Shown piece after piece: positions 49,654 through 59,149 of a stretch of 64,000 nt of DNA. This stretch comes from Bacteroidales bacterium (lineage in GTDB: Bacteria > Bacteroidota > Bacteroidia > Bacteroidales > UBA7960). A program made the position numbers and the translations under genes. The notes beneath the pieces are model-generated. The model had not been told where the DNA came from and ran no database searches. It worked only from the letters and a program-made list of their open reading frames with translations. The stretch is taken from contig JBKBSF010000026.1 in NCBI GenBank assembly GCA_046291875.1, positions 3,020 to 67,019 on the forward strand, read 5' to 3'. Each line of letters starts with the position of its first letter. The first letter of the stretch is position 1.

Positions 49654-50886
49654 ATGACAGGAAGAAAGATTTTACTCAATACGGCTTTTTTACTTTTTTC
49701 GGTTTCCGTTTTTGCACAGTTTTCACTCCAGGGCGAAATTCGTCCCCGGGCAGAGTACCGGCATGGGTTTCAAAGTCTGATAGCTGAGGATGAGGATGCG
49801 GCCATGTTCGTTTCGCAGCGCTCCCGGCTCAATTTCGGATATACTGTTCCGGAAGTTACAGTTTTTATCAGCCTGCAGGATGTGCGTGTTTGGGGCGAAG
49901 TAGCACAGCTCAACCGCTCCGACATGAATGCCTCCATACATGAAGCCTGGGCACAGTTTCCCATTTTCACAAATGCAATGCTTAAACTGGGGCGCCAGGA
50001 GCTTATCCTTGACAATAGCAGAATACTGGGCAATGTTGACTGGGCTCAGCAAGCACGAAGCCATGATATGGCCCTGCTGCAATGGAAACCCAGCGATGCT
50101 TTTCAAATTCGCACTGCTCTGGCCTACAACCAGGAAAGAGAGAACAGAACCAGCACCCTGTATACCCTGAACAATTACAAGGCTCTGCAACTTGCCTGGA
50201 TGAACTACAGATTAAACCAGACCTCACTGAGCTTCTTACTGCTCAATATTGGCAATCAGTTTGGAATGGATCAGATCCTTTACAATCAAACTTTCGGACC
50301 TTTTGTATCGCATAACGCTGAAAGGTTTAAACTGGAAGCAGCTGCATATCTGCAAACCGGGAAGGACAACCTGGACCGCGACGTGAGTGCATGGTATTCA
50401 GGGATTGAAATATCTGCTCCCATCGCTGCCAGCTGGACAGCCCGCGCTGGTTTTGAAATGCTATCGGGCACCGATATGGATGAACCCTCAAAAAACAACT
50501 CCTTCACTCCCCATTTTGGAACCAACCATCGTTTCAACGGGCACATGGATTACTTCTATGTGGGCAACCATATCAACAACGTGGGACTTCGCGATGCATT
50601 TCTGGGGGCAAACTATGCTGCTCAAAACTGGGGGCTCATGCTGGCTTTTCATTCTTTCTGGGCCGATGCACAGATTCTTGATCCTGCAAACAATCCCATG
50701 AAAGCTTTTCTGGGCAACGAACTGGATCTTATGCTTTCCTACAACATTAACCAGGCAGTAGCCCTGCGTCTGGGATACTCACAAATGTGGGCAACAGAAA
50801 GTATGCAACGATTAAAAGGAGGTAGTAAAGCCCAGACCCAGAACTGGGCCTGGGCAATGGTAATCATCAAACCAAAATTTATTTGA
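49654..50886 (+). CDS. Outer-membrane beta-barrel protein (alginate-export-like family)
   Basis: Signal peptide ending VFAQ; RPRAEYRHG, QRSRL, LQDVRVWG, GRQEL, FGTNHRFNGHMDYF; amphipathic strands. Confidence 0.8.
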   Translation: MTGRKILLNTAFLLFSVSVFAQFSLQGEIRPRAEYRHGFQSLIAEDEDAAMFVSQRSRLNFGYTVPEVTVFISLQDVRVWGEVAQLNRSDMNASIHEAWAQFPIFTNAMLKLGRQELILDNSRILGNVDWAQQARSHDMALLQWKPSDAFQIRTALAYNQERENRTSTLYTLNNYKALQLAWMNYRLNQTSLSFLLLNIGNQFGMDQILYNQTFGPFVSHNAERFKLEAAAYLQTGKDNLDRDVSAWYSGIEISAPIAASWTARAGFEMLSGTDMDEPSKNNSFTPHFGTNHRFNGHMDYFYVGNHINNVGLRDAFLGANYAAQNWGLMLAFHSFWADAQILDPANNPMKAFLGNELDLMLSYNINQAVALRLGYSQMWATESMQRLKGGSKAQTQNWAWAMVIIKPKFI

Positions 50887-50926
50887 TTGAGCTATACCAG
50901 CCTCCCTCATTCAAATAAACAAGTTA

Positions 50927-51118
50927 TTCATCAGAAAATAATTTGTTTAAGTAATTGGTCTGATGTAACTTGCATGTTGATTTTCATCTTTTTTTGTGAG
51001 CGGTACTGCTCATGCAAGTTTCATCAGAAAATAATTTAGTTAATTCATTGGTCTAATGGAACTTGCATGCTAATTTTCATCTTTTTTTTGTGAGCCGAAG
51101 TGCTCATGCAAGTTTCAT
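50927..51118 (+). repeat. Two tandem copies (~93 bp each) of the structured repeat
   Basis: Units start at 50927 and 51020: TTCATCAGAAAATAATTT...AACTTGCATG...TTTTCATC(T)nGTGAGC-N6-GCTCATGCAAGTT. Confidence 0.9.
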
Positions 51119-51138
51119 TTATCGTAAAACTGCTTATC

Positions 51139-51327
51139 ATGGAAAGAAACGAAATTATCTGTTCCTGCATGGATATAACAAAAGGAGAAGTAGAGGATGC
51201 CATCAAGGACAAAAAACTCACCAGTGTGAGCCAGGTTCAGGATGAAACTGAAGCCGGCACTGTTTGTGGCGCCTGCGTCGACGATATTTACCTGCTGCTG
51301 GAAGAGATGAACGGAAAGGTAGACTAA
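51139..51327 (+). CDS. BFD-like (2Fe-2S)-binding protein
   Basis: IICSCMDIT...TEAGTVCGAC. Confidence 0.88.
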   Translation: MERNEIICSCMDITKGEVEDAIKDKKLTSVSQVQDETEAGTVCGACVDDIYLLLEEMNGKVD

Positions 51328-51543
51328 CAGGTTTCGATCTGCATTTCCAACTTTTTTGTGGCAGCAATTCCACTTACAAAATCTTTATTAATCATACGTC
51401 TGCTCCAGAAAATCGATTAGCAAACTTAGTTTACCCCAAATTCAAATCTTAAAACCTTCGATGGTTTTAACATATCCCCATTTTCCGGGGCCCTGGGCTA
51501 AAGTATTTTTAGGAGGAGACTTAATCTTTAAAATTTAAAAAAC

Positions 51544-51870
51544 ATGAGCACTTTTCTTCACAGTACCATCATTGATTTCGCCAAAGATATTGAATACGCT
51601 GCCAACAGTGTTGTAAGCAAGCGTGTTTTGGAGAAAACCACTGGCAACATCACTCTTTTTTCATTCGATAAGGGTCAGAGACTTAGCACCCATTCCGCGC
51701 CATTCGATGCTATGGTGCAGGTGGTGGAAGGCACCGTTGAAATTACCATCGATGATAAGCCTTACCAGTTGAGCGCAGGACAAACAATTATAATGCCTGC
51801 CAATATCCCCCACGGATTGTTTGCAACCGAGCGTTTTAAGATGCTGCTTACCATGATCAAGGAAAAATAA
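51544..51870 (+). CDS. Cupin domain protein
   Basis: LFSFDKGQRLSTHSAPFDAMVQVVEG...MPANIPHGL. Confidence 0.88.
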   Translation: MSTFLHSTIIDFAKDIEYAANSVVSKRVLEKTTGNITLFSFDKGQRLSTHSAPFDAMVQVVEGTVEITIDDKPYQLSAGQTIIMPANIPHGLFATERFKMLLTMIKEK

Positions 51871-51885
51871 ACCACACCAGGCAAG

Positions 51886-53430
51886 ATGAGGGTTTTTCGT
51901 TTTTTGCATCGTTGGCTGGGTATCACCGCTACACTGTTTATTTTATTTTTTGCCATCAGTGGCATCGTATTGAACCACAGGAGTTTTTTTTCCGCAGCAG
52001 ACATCAACCGGAAATATCTACCTGCCTCTTATCACTATAAAAACTGGAATCTGGCTGCAGTTAAATCAGCCTATGAACTGAGCCCCGACAGTATGCTTGT
52101 TTACGGCAATATTGGCATTTGGCTGACCGACCCCGGCTTCAACCATTATACACCCTTTATGCAGGGCATGCGCAGAGGCACTGACAATAGGCGCACAACG
52201 CGTATTGTGCAGACAAACTCCGGACAGCTGCTGGCAGCAAGCATGTCGGGGCTTTATCAGCTCATGGATCAAAAATGGCAACCCATCAGGCTGCCCGTAA
52301 AAGAAAACCGGATAACCGGCATTACCCAGAACCAGGATACGGTTTGGGTACTTACCCGCTCACATTTGTTGACACTGCTGCACAACGGCAGCTATTTTGA
52401 AGCACAAAAACATGTATTGCCTCATCCCACCAATTTTAAAAGAGAAACAAGTCTTTTCAGGGCTCTGTGGCTAATTCATAGCGGAAAGATACTTGGGCTA
52501 CCCGGCAAGCTTCTGGTTGATCTGATGGGGTTGATAATGATCTTTTTGTGCCTCTCCGGCATTGTGTGGTTTGTTGCTCCGGATTTGATGAAATCACTAA
52601 AATACAGGGTGACAGTCCGAAAACGTTTTGCCAGACTGAACAGATTCAGCCTCAAATGGCATAATACTCTGGGTATTTGGACTTTGTTTTTCATGATTTT
52701 ACTCACCCTCACAGGTATGTTTTTAAGGCCACCCTTGCTGATTACCATTATACGTTCGAAGTTTCCAGCGATAAAACATACCCTGTTGGATCATCCCAAT
52801 CCGTGGTACGACAAACTGCGCGACATACAATTTGATCGGCTGAGCAACCAATTGGTATTGTCAACATCGGAGGGCTTCTTTTTTGCCAATACAACCTTTT
52901 CGGATTCGCTGAAGCGCATTCCCCATCAACCTCCAATAAGCGTAATGGGCATCAATGTGTTTGAGCAGCCTTTTGATGGAGTATTCATAACGGGTTCTTT
53001 CAGCGGAATACACCGGTGGGTTCCTTCAGCCATGCAGGTTAATGACTATATTACCGGCGCTCCTGTAGCACCAGGAAGAGGTATGGCCAATCCATTCGGT
53101 TCTATACCGGTGGCAGGGTATATAAAAATGGATAACGGAGCGGAATACCTGTTTGATTATAATGCAGGTATGCTAAACCTCCAACCCGGTATTTATTCAC
53201 CACCAATGCCTGAGGTGATCAAAAGGAATTCGCCAATGCCTCTATGGAATTTAGCCCTGGAAGTACACACCGGAAGGTATTACTCTTTTTTCCTGGGCAA
53301 ATATAATATCCTGTTTATTCCTGTGGCTGGGCTTGTTATACTCCTGGTACTTATCAGCGGAGGAATTATGTGGGCCAGAAACCACATAAAAAAGAAAAGA
53401 AGGAAGGCCCACTCGTCTCCCCCTGTATAA
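51886..53430 (+). CDS. PepSY-associated TM helix domain protein
   Basis: LHRWLG...SGIVLNH, IHSG, WHNTLG, VHTGR: His-bearing TM helices. Confidence 0.8.
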   Translation: MRVFRFLHRWLGITATLFILFFAISGIVLNHRSFFSAADINRKYLPASYHYKNWNLAAVKSAYELSPDSMLVYGNIGIWLTDPGFNHYTPFMQGMRRGTDNRRTTRIVQTNSGQLLAASMSGLYQLMDQKWQPIRLPVKENRITGITQNQDTVWVLTRSHLLTLLHNGSYFEAQKHVLPHPTNFKRETSLFRALWLIHSGKILGLPGKLLVDLMGLIMIFLCLSGIVWFVAPDLMKSLKYRVTVRKRFARLNRFSLKWHNTLGIWTLFFMILLTLTGMFLRPPLLITIIRSKFPAIKHTLLDHPNPWYDKLRDIQFDRLSNQLVLSTSEGFFFANTTFSDSLKRIPHQPPISVMGINVFEQPFDGVFITGSFSGIHRWVPSAMQVNDYITGAPVAPGRGMANPFGSIPVAGYIKMDNGAEYLFDYNAGMLNLQPGIYSPPMPEVIKRNSPMPLWNLALEVHTGRYYSFFLGKYNILFIPVAGLVILLVLISGGIMWARNHIKKKRRKAHSSPPV

Positions 53431-53516
53431 AAACAAAGACATTGAAAAAGCGTTACCATAAATCGAGAGTCAACGTGCAAGCAAATACGATTACCCAATT
53501 TTAAATACATCTTACC

Positions 53517-53834
53517 ATGGTAATACACACCCCCCTCGAAAAGGCAGAGAAGGTTTCAGCCAATGTCAATGGCCTTATCATGTACTCAGAATCAAGATGT
53601 CAGTGTATACACCTATCTCTATATCCGGGAGAGGTCGTAGAGAAACATACCAACCCCTCTGATGTTGTTTTCATTGGTTTGGAAGGAAGTGCTGATTTGC
53701 TTACCGATAGTGGAAATATTTCAATAAAGGCGGGAGAAACTGTATTTGTCAGCAAAGATACTATGCGACAGTTTTCGAACTCACAAAATGAAGTTGTACG
53801 TATAATGGTTATAAAACTCATGCAGGAAACATAA
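53517..53834 (+). CDS. Cupin domain protein
   Basis: LYPGEVVEKHTNPSDVVFIGLEG...AGETVFV. Confidence 0.75.
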   Translation: MVIHTPLEKAEKVSANVNGLIMYSESRCQCIHLSLYPGEVVEKHTNPSDVVFIGLEGSADLLTDSGNISIKAGETVFVSKDTMRQFSNSQNEVVRIMVIKLMQET

Positions 53835-54185
53835 GCAAATGTGGAGGAGCTAAATTTAACATAAAATTAACATCATTACATATTAATCTGAACGGACTTC
53901 AAGAAAAAGACAATTTTCTTCCAGTCCGTTTCCTTTTTTGCAAAATAACGACTTTTCTTCCCGAAAATGTTTTTTATCGATATTTTTAATGGCTTTAGTC
54001 GACATTATCTACAATCAACTCCAATGCAGTCATTTAGTCTTTTTTGATCATAAATTGAAGAAAAAAGTCTACGTGTTTTCCCCAAGAAAAATATAAGGGC
54101 TAATCTCTATTTTTAATCGCCGAACAAATGTTTAAATTTGATAAAGCAATAAAAACCACTAATAATTCTCTAATATTGTTTTATC

Positions 54186-55640
54186 ATGTTACATACGGTT
54201 ACGATTATTCAATTCTTCAAATCTCTCGAAAAAAAGCATCAGCTGGATTTAAAGTTACTGCTTTCAATTGCAGAGTTTTTAACCTTTTTACTCATAATTC
54301 CGGTTTCAGTATTTTTAAATCACTATCTCTCCTCTCCTGAAACACCAGTAAAGTTAATCCCCTATCAATTCGGAATTTATATTTTTTTCTTCATTTTCCT
54401 CTGGTTCGTTTTTTCTCACCTCACCTCAATGGCAGTACTGCCCAGGGCCCAGCGTTACATTAGTGCAGGTTTGATCTTTTTCAGAGGGTACTTTCTGATA
54501 TTTATGGGTATGATTCTGGTCAAATTGTTGTTCAGACTCCACGAAATCTCATTCAGCTTCATATTCATTCATTTACACCTTAGCTTTCTCATTACTTTGG
54601 GCATGCGGGTGCTAACCCTGCACTTCCTCAGGATTTACAGGGTGAGTGGTTACAACAAACGCAATATAGTAATCATCGGCGATTCATGCTCTTATCATCT
54701 GATTGAAAAGTTCATGAATCAGAAAGACTGGGGGTTTTATATCAGTGCTCTTATTACGACCTCGTCATTTCTAAAGAGAAAGTATGGTGACAAAATACCC
54801 ATCATCGCCGACACCGGAAACCTCAGCTATATCCTGGAGAGCCAGGTGGTTGATGAGTTGTTTTATTGCAAGAAAAAATTCAACAATGCCGAGGTTCGTC
54901 ACATAGCCAGGCTCACCAATGAGATTGGGGTCGTTTTCAGGGTCCAGACCAACACTTCAACACTTGCACCCGAGCGGTTTGAGCTGAAAACTCTCAATGA
55001 AACTGGTAAACTCGCTCTTGTGGATGTGCCTTCACGCAAACTCGAACATGATATCAAAACCATAGTAGACGTTGTGTTCTCCGGTGCTGCTCTCATTCTG
55101 CTCTCTCCGTTTATGGTTTTCATAGCTCTTATGATAAAAGCTACCAGCAAAGGGCCGGTATTCTTTGCCCAGGAGCGTGTTGGACTAAGAGGAAGAAAAT
55201 TTCTGCTTTTCAAATTCAGGACCATGGTGGTTGATGCGGAAAAACAACTGGCAAAACTAAGAGAGCAAAACGAGATGGATGGCCCAACTTTCAAACTTAC
55301 CAACGATCCCCGTATCACTCCCATAGGTAAGTTTCTGCGCAAGACGGGTCTGGATGAATTACCACAATTGTACAATGTGGTCCGTGGAGAGATGTCGCTC
55401 ATTGGCCCACGCCCACCCCTTGAGTCTGAGGTAAAAGAATACGAAAGATGGCAACTACGCAGATTATCTGTAAAGCCGGGCATAACCTGTACCTGGCAGA
55501 TCATGCCGCACCGCAATGACATCAAGTTTGAAAAATGGATGCAAATGGACCTTAACTACATCGACAACTGGTCATTGGCAAAAGACATCAAGTTGATATT
55601 CAAAACCATCTCGTCTATGATATTTGCCACCGGGAGATAA
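54186..55640 (+). CDS. Priming polyprenyl-phosphate glycosylphosphotransferase (WcaJ/CpsE-like)
   Basis: N-terminal TMs; GPVFFAQERVG, KFRTM, DPRITPIGKFLRKTGLDELPQL, GEMSLIGPRP, KPGITCTWQ, DLNYIDNWS. Confidence 0.93.
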   Translation: MLHTVTIIQFFKSLEKKHQLDLKLLLSIAEFLTFLLIIPVSVFLNHYLSSPETPVKLIPYQFGIYIFFFIFLWFVFSHLTSMAVLPRAQRYISAGLIFFRGYFLIFMGMILVKLLFRLHEISFSFIFIHLHLSFLITLGMRVLTLHFLRIYRVSGYNKRNIVIIGDSCSYHLIEKFMNQKDWGFYISALITTSSFLKRKYGDKIPIIADTGNLSYILESQVVDELFYCKKKFNNAEVRHIARLTNEIGVVFRVQTNTSTLAPERFELKTLNETGKLALVDVPSRKLEHDIKTIVDVVFSGAALILLSPFMVFIALMIKATSKGPVFFAQERVGLRGRKFLLFKFRTMVVDAEKQLAKLREQNEMDGPTFKLTNDPRITPIGKFLRKTGLDELPQLYNVVRGEMSLIGPRPPLESEVKEYERWQLRRLSVKPGITCTWQIMPHRNDIKFEKWMQMDLNYIDNWSLAKDIKLIFKTISSMIFATGR

Positions 55641-55663
55641 AACCCTTAACAGCTTTTTTTAAG

Positions 55664-55704
55664 GATTGCCCCTGATTGCTTTGTTATGGCAATCAGGGGC
55701 AATC
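55664..55704. terminator. Strong hairpin between convergent genes
   Basis: 16-bp perfect stem GATTGCCCCTGATTGC / GCAATCAGGGGCAATC. Confidence 0.8.
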
Positions 55705-55716
55705 TGTTTTCTGGTT

Positions 55717-56712
55717 CTATAGAAAAGGAAACACAAAAAACAGGTAATACAGATAGGCCACAAATTCCTTGGCAATGTACTGCAGTTTCTGTCTGCGAGC
55801 CTTCTCATGAGCCAAAGGTTCAGCCGAAATAATACCTACCTGTATATCATCTCCCAACACTTGCTGGTAGACCTTCCAGGTGCGGCGCGAGTGATAATGT
55901 ATACTCACCACATTAAGTGCTTCAGGTTGCAGGTTGTTTTCCTCCAGCCATTCACGCAGAGCAAGAGCATTGCCTAAGGTCCGTCGTTTATCATCATGAT
56001 AATTGGTAATGGCTATTACCTGGTCGGCGTTCAGTCCGCTTTCCAGGAAATAATGAGATGCCATTTCGGCATAGGAATATGCTTTAACAGGCCATCGAAA
56101 CCGGCCAAAAGGGCGTCCTTTATCCAGGATCATTTGTGTTTGTTTATCGAGCAAACGATGGCCATGTACCTGCAGGTCCCTGATCTGTAGGTTGCGGTCG
56201 CCCATGGGCCCCACCTTATCATTGTCGTATTGAATCATCAGTGAATCGATATTCTGCATACAACCCTCCCAGAGGATGGAATATTTGCCACGATTTTGAG
56301 TGGTATAAAAGGAAGCAATACGATTATCGTTGATCCAGAAAGCAAAATGGGCCGAATCGCCAGCACCCAGAGAACTGCCTGCCTGAAGGGTTATTTCAAT
56401 TTCACCGCAAAACGGGTCTTCCTGGATTTCTGAGGGTGGGTAAATAATCAGATAGGAGTTCACATACAATGTAATATAGTCCTCAAGAGTATTGCCAGTG
56501 ATCAGCATCAAATCGTAATCTCCCCTTGTAAATTCATAATAAGCACGCCTGAGGCCTGAAGCAGGCATCCAGCCCTCCACAACCAGCACCCTTGCGTCTA
56601 CTGCTTTTTCGTGGGTTAGGATCATCGGCAACAATCGCAGTATCAGCGCTCCAGAAACCAGAACGACGAGAACCATGGTTATTAACAAAATCCTTTTCTT
56701 TTGTTTTTTCAT
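55717..56712 (-). CDS. YdcF/ElyC (DUF218)-like membrane-anchored protein with an inserted beta-rich domain
   Basis: N-terminal TM, VLVVEGW, ITG, RTLGNA, VVS..YHSRR, KEFVAYLYY; insert containing NDK...DRNLQI. Confidence 0.65.
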   Translation of the reverse strand: MKKQKKRILLITMVLVVLVSGALILRLLPMILTHEKAVDARVLVVEGWMPASGLRRAYYEFTRGDYDLMLITGNTLEDYITLYVNSYLIIYPPSEIQEDPFCGEIEITLQAGSSLGAGDSAHFAFWINDNRIASFYTTQNRGKYSILWEGCMQNIDSLMIQYDNDKVGPMGDRNLQIRDLQVHGHRLLDKQTQMILDKGRPFGRFRWPVKAYSYAEMASHYFLESGLNADQVIAITNYHDDKRRTLGNALALREWLEENNLQPEALNVVSIHYHSRRTWKVYQQVLGDDIQVGIISAEPLAHEKARRQKLQYIAKEFVAYLYYLFFVFPFL

Positions 56713-56826
56713 GCAAATTTTTGTTCACATTAATTTTATAACATTTTAGCTACGTTTTTAATAATTTTAGCTAACTTTGATAGAGATAAACACAAAAACA
56801 GAAAGAATACATATACAAAGTTACGA

Positions 56827-57675
56827 ATGACAAGAATAATCCTCTTCAGATATCATCATCAATTTGAACGCAACAAAGCATTACTACAATTCTATAAGTA
56901 CTTAAATCCAGGGGTAAAGATATATGGATTATATGGTGGTCCGGCAGAATTATTTCAAAAGGCTACTGACATTCTTGAAGGCATTATTGAGCACAACTAC
57001 ATGCTTCAGCACCCCAACCCCGACTGGAACTGGAAAAACAGCGATATGAGCTATCAGGTATGGTATCGCGATTTCGGACATACCATAGCTTTCGATTTTA
57101 TGCACTCCATAGAATGGGATTTGCTATTGTTTGAACCCCTTGACACTCTCTTTGCACATGTGGGAAAGAACCAACTGGCTCTGACGGGGCTCATTCCCCT
57201 TTCAAAGATTGAACACAGATGGTATTGGAGCTCAAACCCGGCAAAAAGGAAAGAATGGATTGAGCTACAGGAGCACTTCCGGAAAAATTTTCAATACAAC
57301 GACAAGCCTCTGGCTATGATCGGGCCGGCAACAACCTTTCCCAGGGCATTTCTGAGCAAGATCAAAGATATTGAGATACCCGATCTCTCCAACGATGAGT
57401 TGAGAATTCCACTTCTGGCCCAGGCAACAGGCTTCCCAATGGTGGATACATGCTTTTTCAGAAAATGGTTTTCAAAGCGTGAATTCAAGCTTTTCAATGC
57501 CAATGCCTTTATCGTTGACCTGAAAGATATCCGCACAGAGTTGAGCTATGCACGAGGAAGAAGAGCCTTTCATCCCTGCAACCAGGATCTGAGCTTTGCT
57601 GAACTGAAAGACTTACATGCGTTGACCTTTTTAAACAAAAAAAGATTTTCACTCAGAACACTTACAATGAGCTGA
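56827..57675 (+). CDS. Hypothetical protein in polysaccharide locus (possibly glycosyltransferase-like)
   Basis: 282-aa ORF at the head of the co-oriented glycosyltransferase cluster; IEWDL, DELRIP and FHP motifs; no family recognised. Confidence 0.55.
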   Translation: MTRIILFRYHHQFERNKALLQFYKYLNPGVKIYGLYGGPAELFQKATDILEGIIEHNYMLQHPNPDWNWKNSDMSYQVWYRDFGHTIAFDFMHSIEWDLLLFEPLDTLFAHVGKNQLALTGLIPLSKIEHRWYWSSNPAKRKEWIELQEHFRKNFQYNDKPLAMIGPATTFPRAFLSKIKDIEIPDLSNDELRIPLLAQATGFPMVDTCFFRKWFSKREFKLFNANAFIVDLKDIRTELSYARGRRAFHPCNQDLSFAELKDLHALTFLNKKRFSLRTLTMS

Positions 57676-57739
57676 CATGTATGGTTCGTGCGTTGTGCGC
57701 ATACCTGATCTTTAAGCATTCCGTTCAAGAGAACTACAA

Positions 57740-59116
57740 ATGAGTTTTATTATGCAGAACAAATATTTTCATTTTCTGATTTTCATCCCTCTGATACTGC
57801 ATATTTCCTGTTATGGAAAGGAGAATTCCGAGCCGTCCCTTCCTGCTATTCCTGCCGGAATTGGAGTTCAGGCCCTGCCATTATGGGACCCACCGGCTGA
57901 TGCTGTTCATATAGATCCTGATGCTGCTACAGGGAGCATCCAGAACGGAACCCGCGAGCATCCTTTTCGCGATTTCAACACTATTGAATGGAAAGATCAC
58001 ACAACCTATGCTATCAGAAGAGGCTCTAAACTTCACAGCAATGAAATAGTAATCCTGGCCGATCATGTAACCCTGGCCAGCTATGGAGATGGTCCAAGGC
58101 CGGTAATCATGAGTTCAGCTACCTCCCATGCCCTATCAACCCGATGGGAAGATTCGCAGAATATCACCATCCGCGACATCGAAATCATTGCACCTTCAGC
58201 GGCAAGTGCAATCATTATTCGCACGGGTAGCCGCAATGCCTCGATCATAAACTGCAGGATACAGGGCCCCCGATGGGGCATACGTGTACTAAATTTCATC
58301 GAGCATGTCAGGATACACAATACAGAAGTTTTCAATATTCTGGAAGATGGTATATTTATCATGAACACCCGCCATATTGAAATTTCCAACTGTTATATTC
58401 ACAGGGTAAACCAAGCATGGAAACCTCCCTACACACCCGAAAACATTGCCAGTGGAGATGGTATACAATTGAGCAATTGTAATCACTGGCATGTGCACCA
58501 CAACATTATCGACCGCTCTGATACCGGCAATAAATTCTGTTTTATTTCCAACAATCCCTCCCAGGATCAAGGGATCTTTGAGCACAATTACCTCAGAGGC
58601 CCCATTGATGAGGGGTATGCCATTTATATCGGTGATGGGCGCAATATGGTGTTTCGCTACAATTACATGGAGGGCAACAGCAAATCTCCCTTATGGTCGC
58701 ATGCCAGAGACCTTAAAATTTACTATAATGTTTTCATGGGGTTTCGCGGCCCCCTGTTTGTAAGTGGGTCGGCAGAAGTGATGAACAATCTGTTTTACCA
58801 GATGCAGGCTGGCATTGAGGGTGGACGCATAACAGCAATCAACAATATTTTTGACCTTGCATCACCGGCCAGCCCCCGTTTCAGGGTGAACCAGCTCACC
58901 GAAAGCTACAATCTTTTCACCCAGGGCTTGCCCACTGCAGGTTCTTTTACCGGAAATGCCATTTACAGGGATCCGATGGCGGCAGATTTCCGACCCAGGC
59001 CTGGTTCAGATGTAATCAATCGGGGTACCTCCACAGGGATCGGCCTGGATCTGGACGGCAACAGGGTTCCCACTGGTGAAGCCCCCGATATTGGCCCTTT
59101 TGAATGGCAACCCTGA
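57740..59116 (+). CDS. Right-handed parallel beta-helix protein, probable lipoprotein (polysaccharide-modifying)
   Basis: Lipobox-like HISC; repeated I.NC.I / DGI.. / HNII beta-helix turns; C-terminal DFRP..GS.VIN.G...DLDGN.VP....PDIGPFE. Confidence 0.75.
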   Translation: MSFIMQNKYFHFLIFIPLILHISCYGKENSEPSLPAIPAGIGVQALPLWDPPADAVHIDPDAATGSIQNGTREHPFRDFNTIEWKDHTTYAIRRGSKLHSNEIVILADHVTLASYGDGPRPVIMSSATSHALSTRWEDSQNITIRDIEIIAPSAASAIIIRTGSRNASIINCRIQGPRWGIRVLNFIEHVRIHNTEVFNILEDGIFIMNTRHIEISNCYIHRVNQAWKPPYTPENIASGDGIQLSNCNHWHVHHNIIDRSDTGNKFCFISNNPSQDQGIFEHNYLRGPIDEGYAIYIGDGRNMVFRYNYMEGNSKSPLWSHARDLKIYYNVFMGFRGPLFVSGSAEVMNNLFYQMQAGIEGGRITAINNIFDLASPASPRFRVNQLTESYNLFTQGLPTAGSFTGNAIYRDPMAADFRPRPGSDVINRGTSTGIGLDLDGNRVPTGEAPDIGPFEWQP

Positions 59117-59149
59117 CACTGACGAAATAATATTTAACACACACAATGT

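Noticed and set aside
50927..51118. Tandem repeat considered as a CRISPR array
   Set aside because: Only two ~93-bp units that are similar along their whole length, with no unique spacers and no cas genes in the window
51511..51518. AGGAGGAG upstream of the cupin gene as a ribosome-binding site
   Set aside because: About 25 nt from the ATG, too far for SD function
53835..54185. AT-rich region before the polysaccharide locus as an invertible promoter or ops/antitermination site
   Set aside because: No convincing flanking inverted repeats, recombinase or UpxY-type gene found
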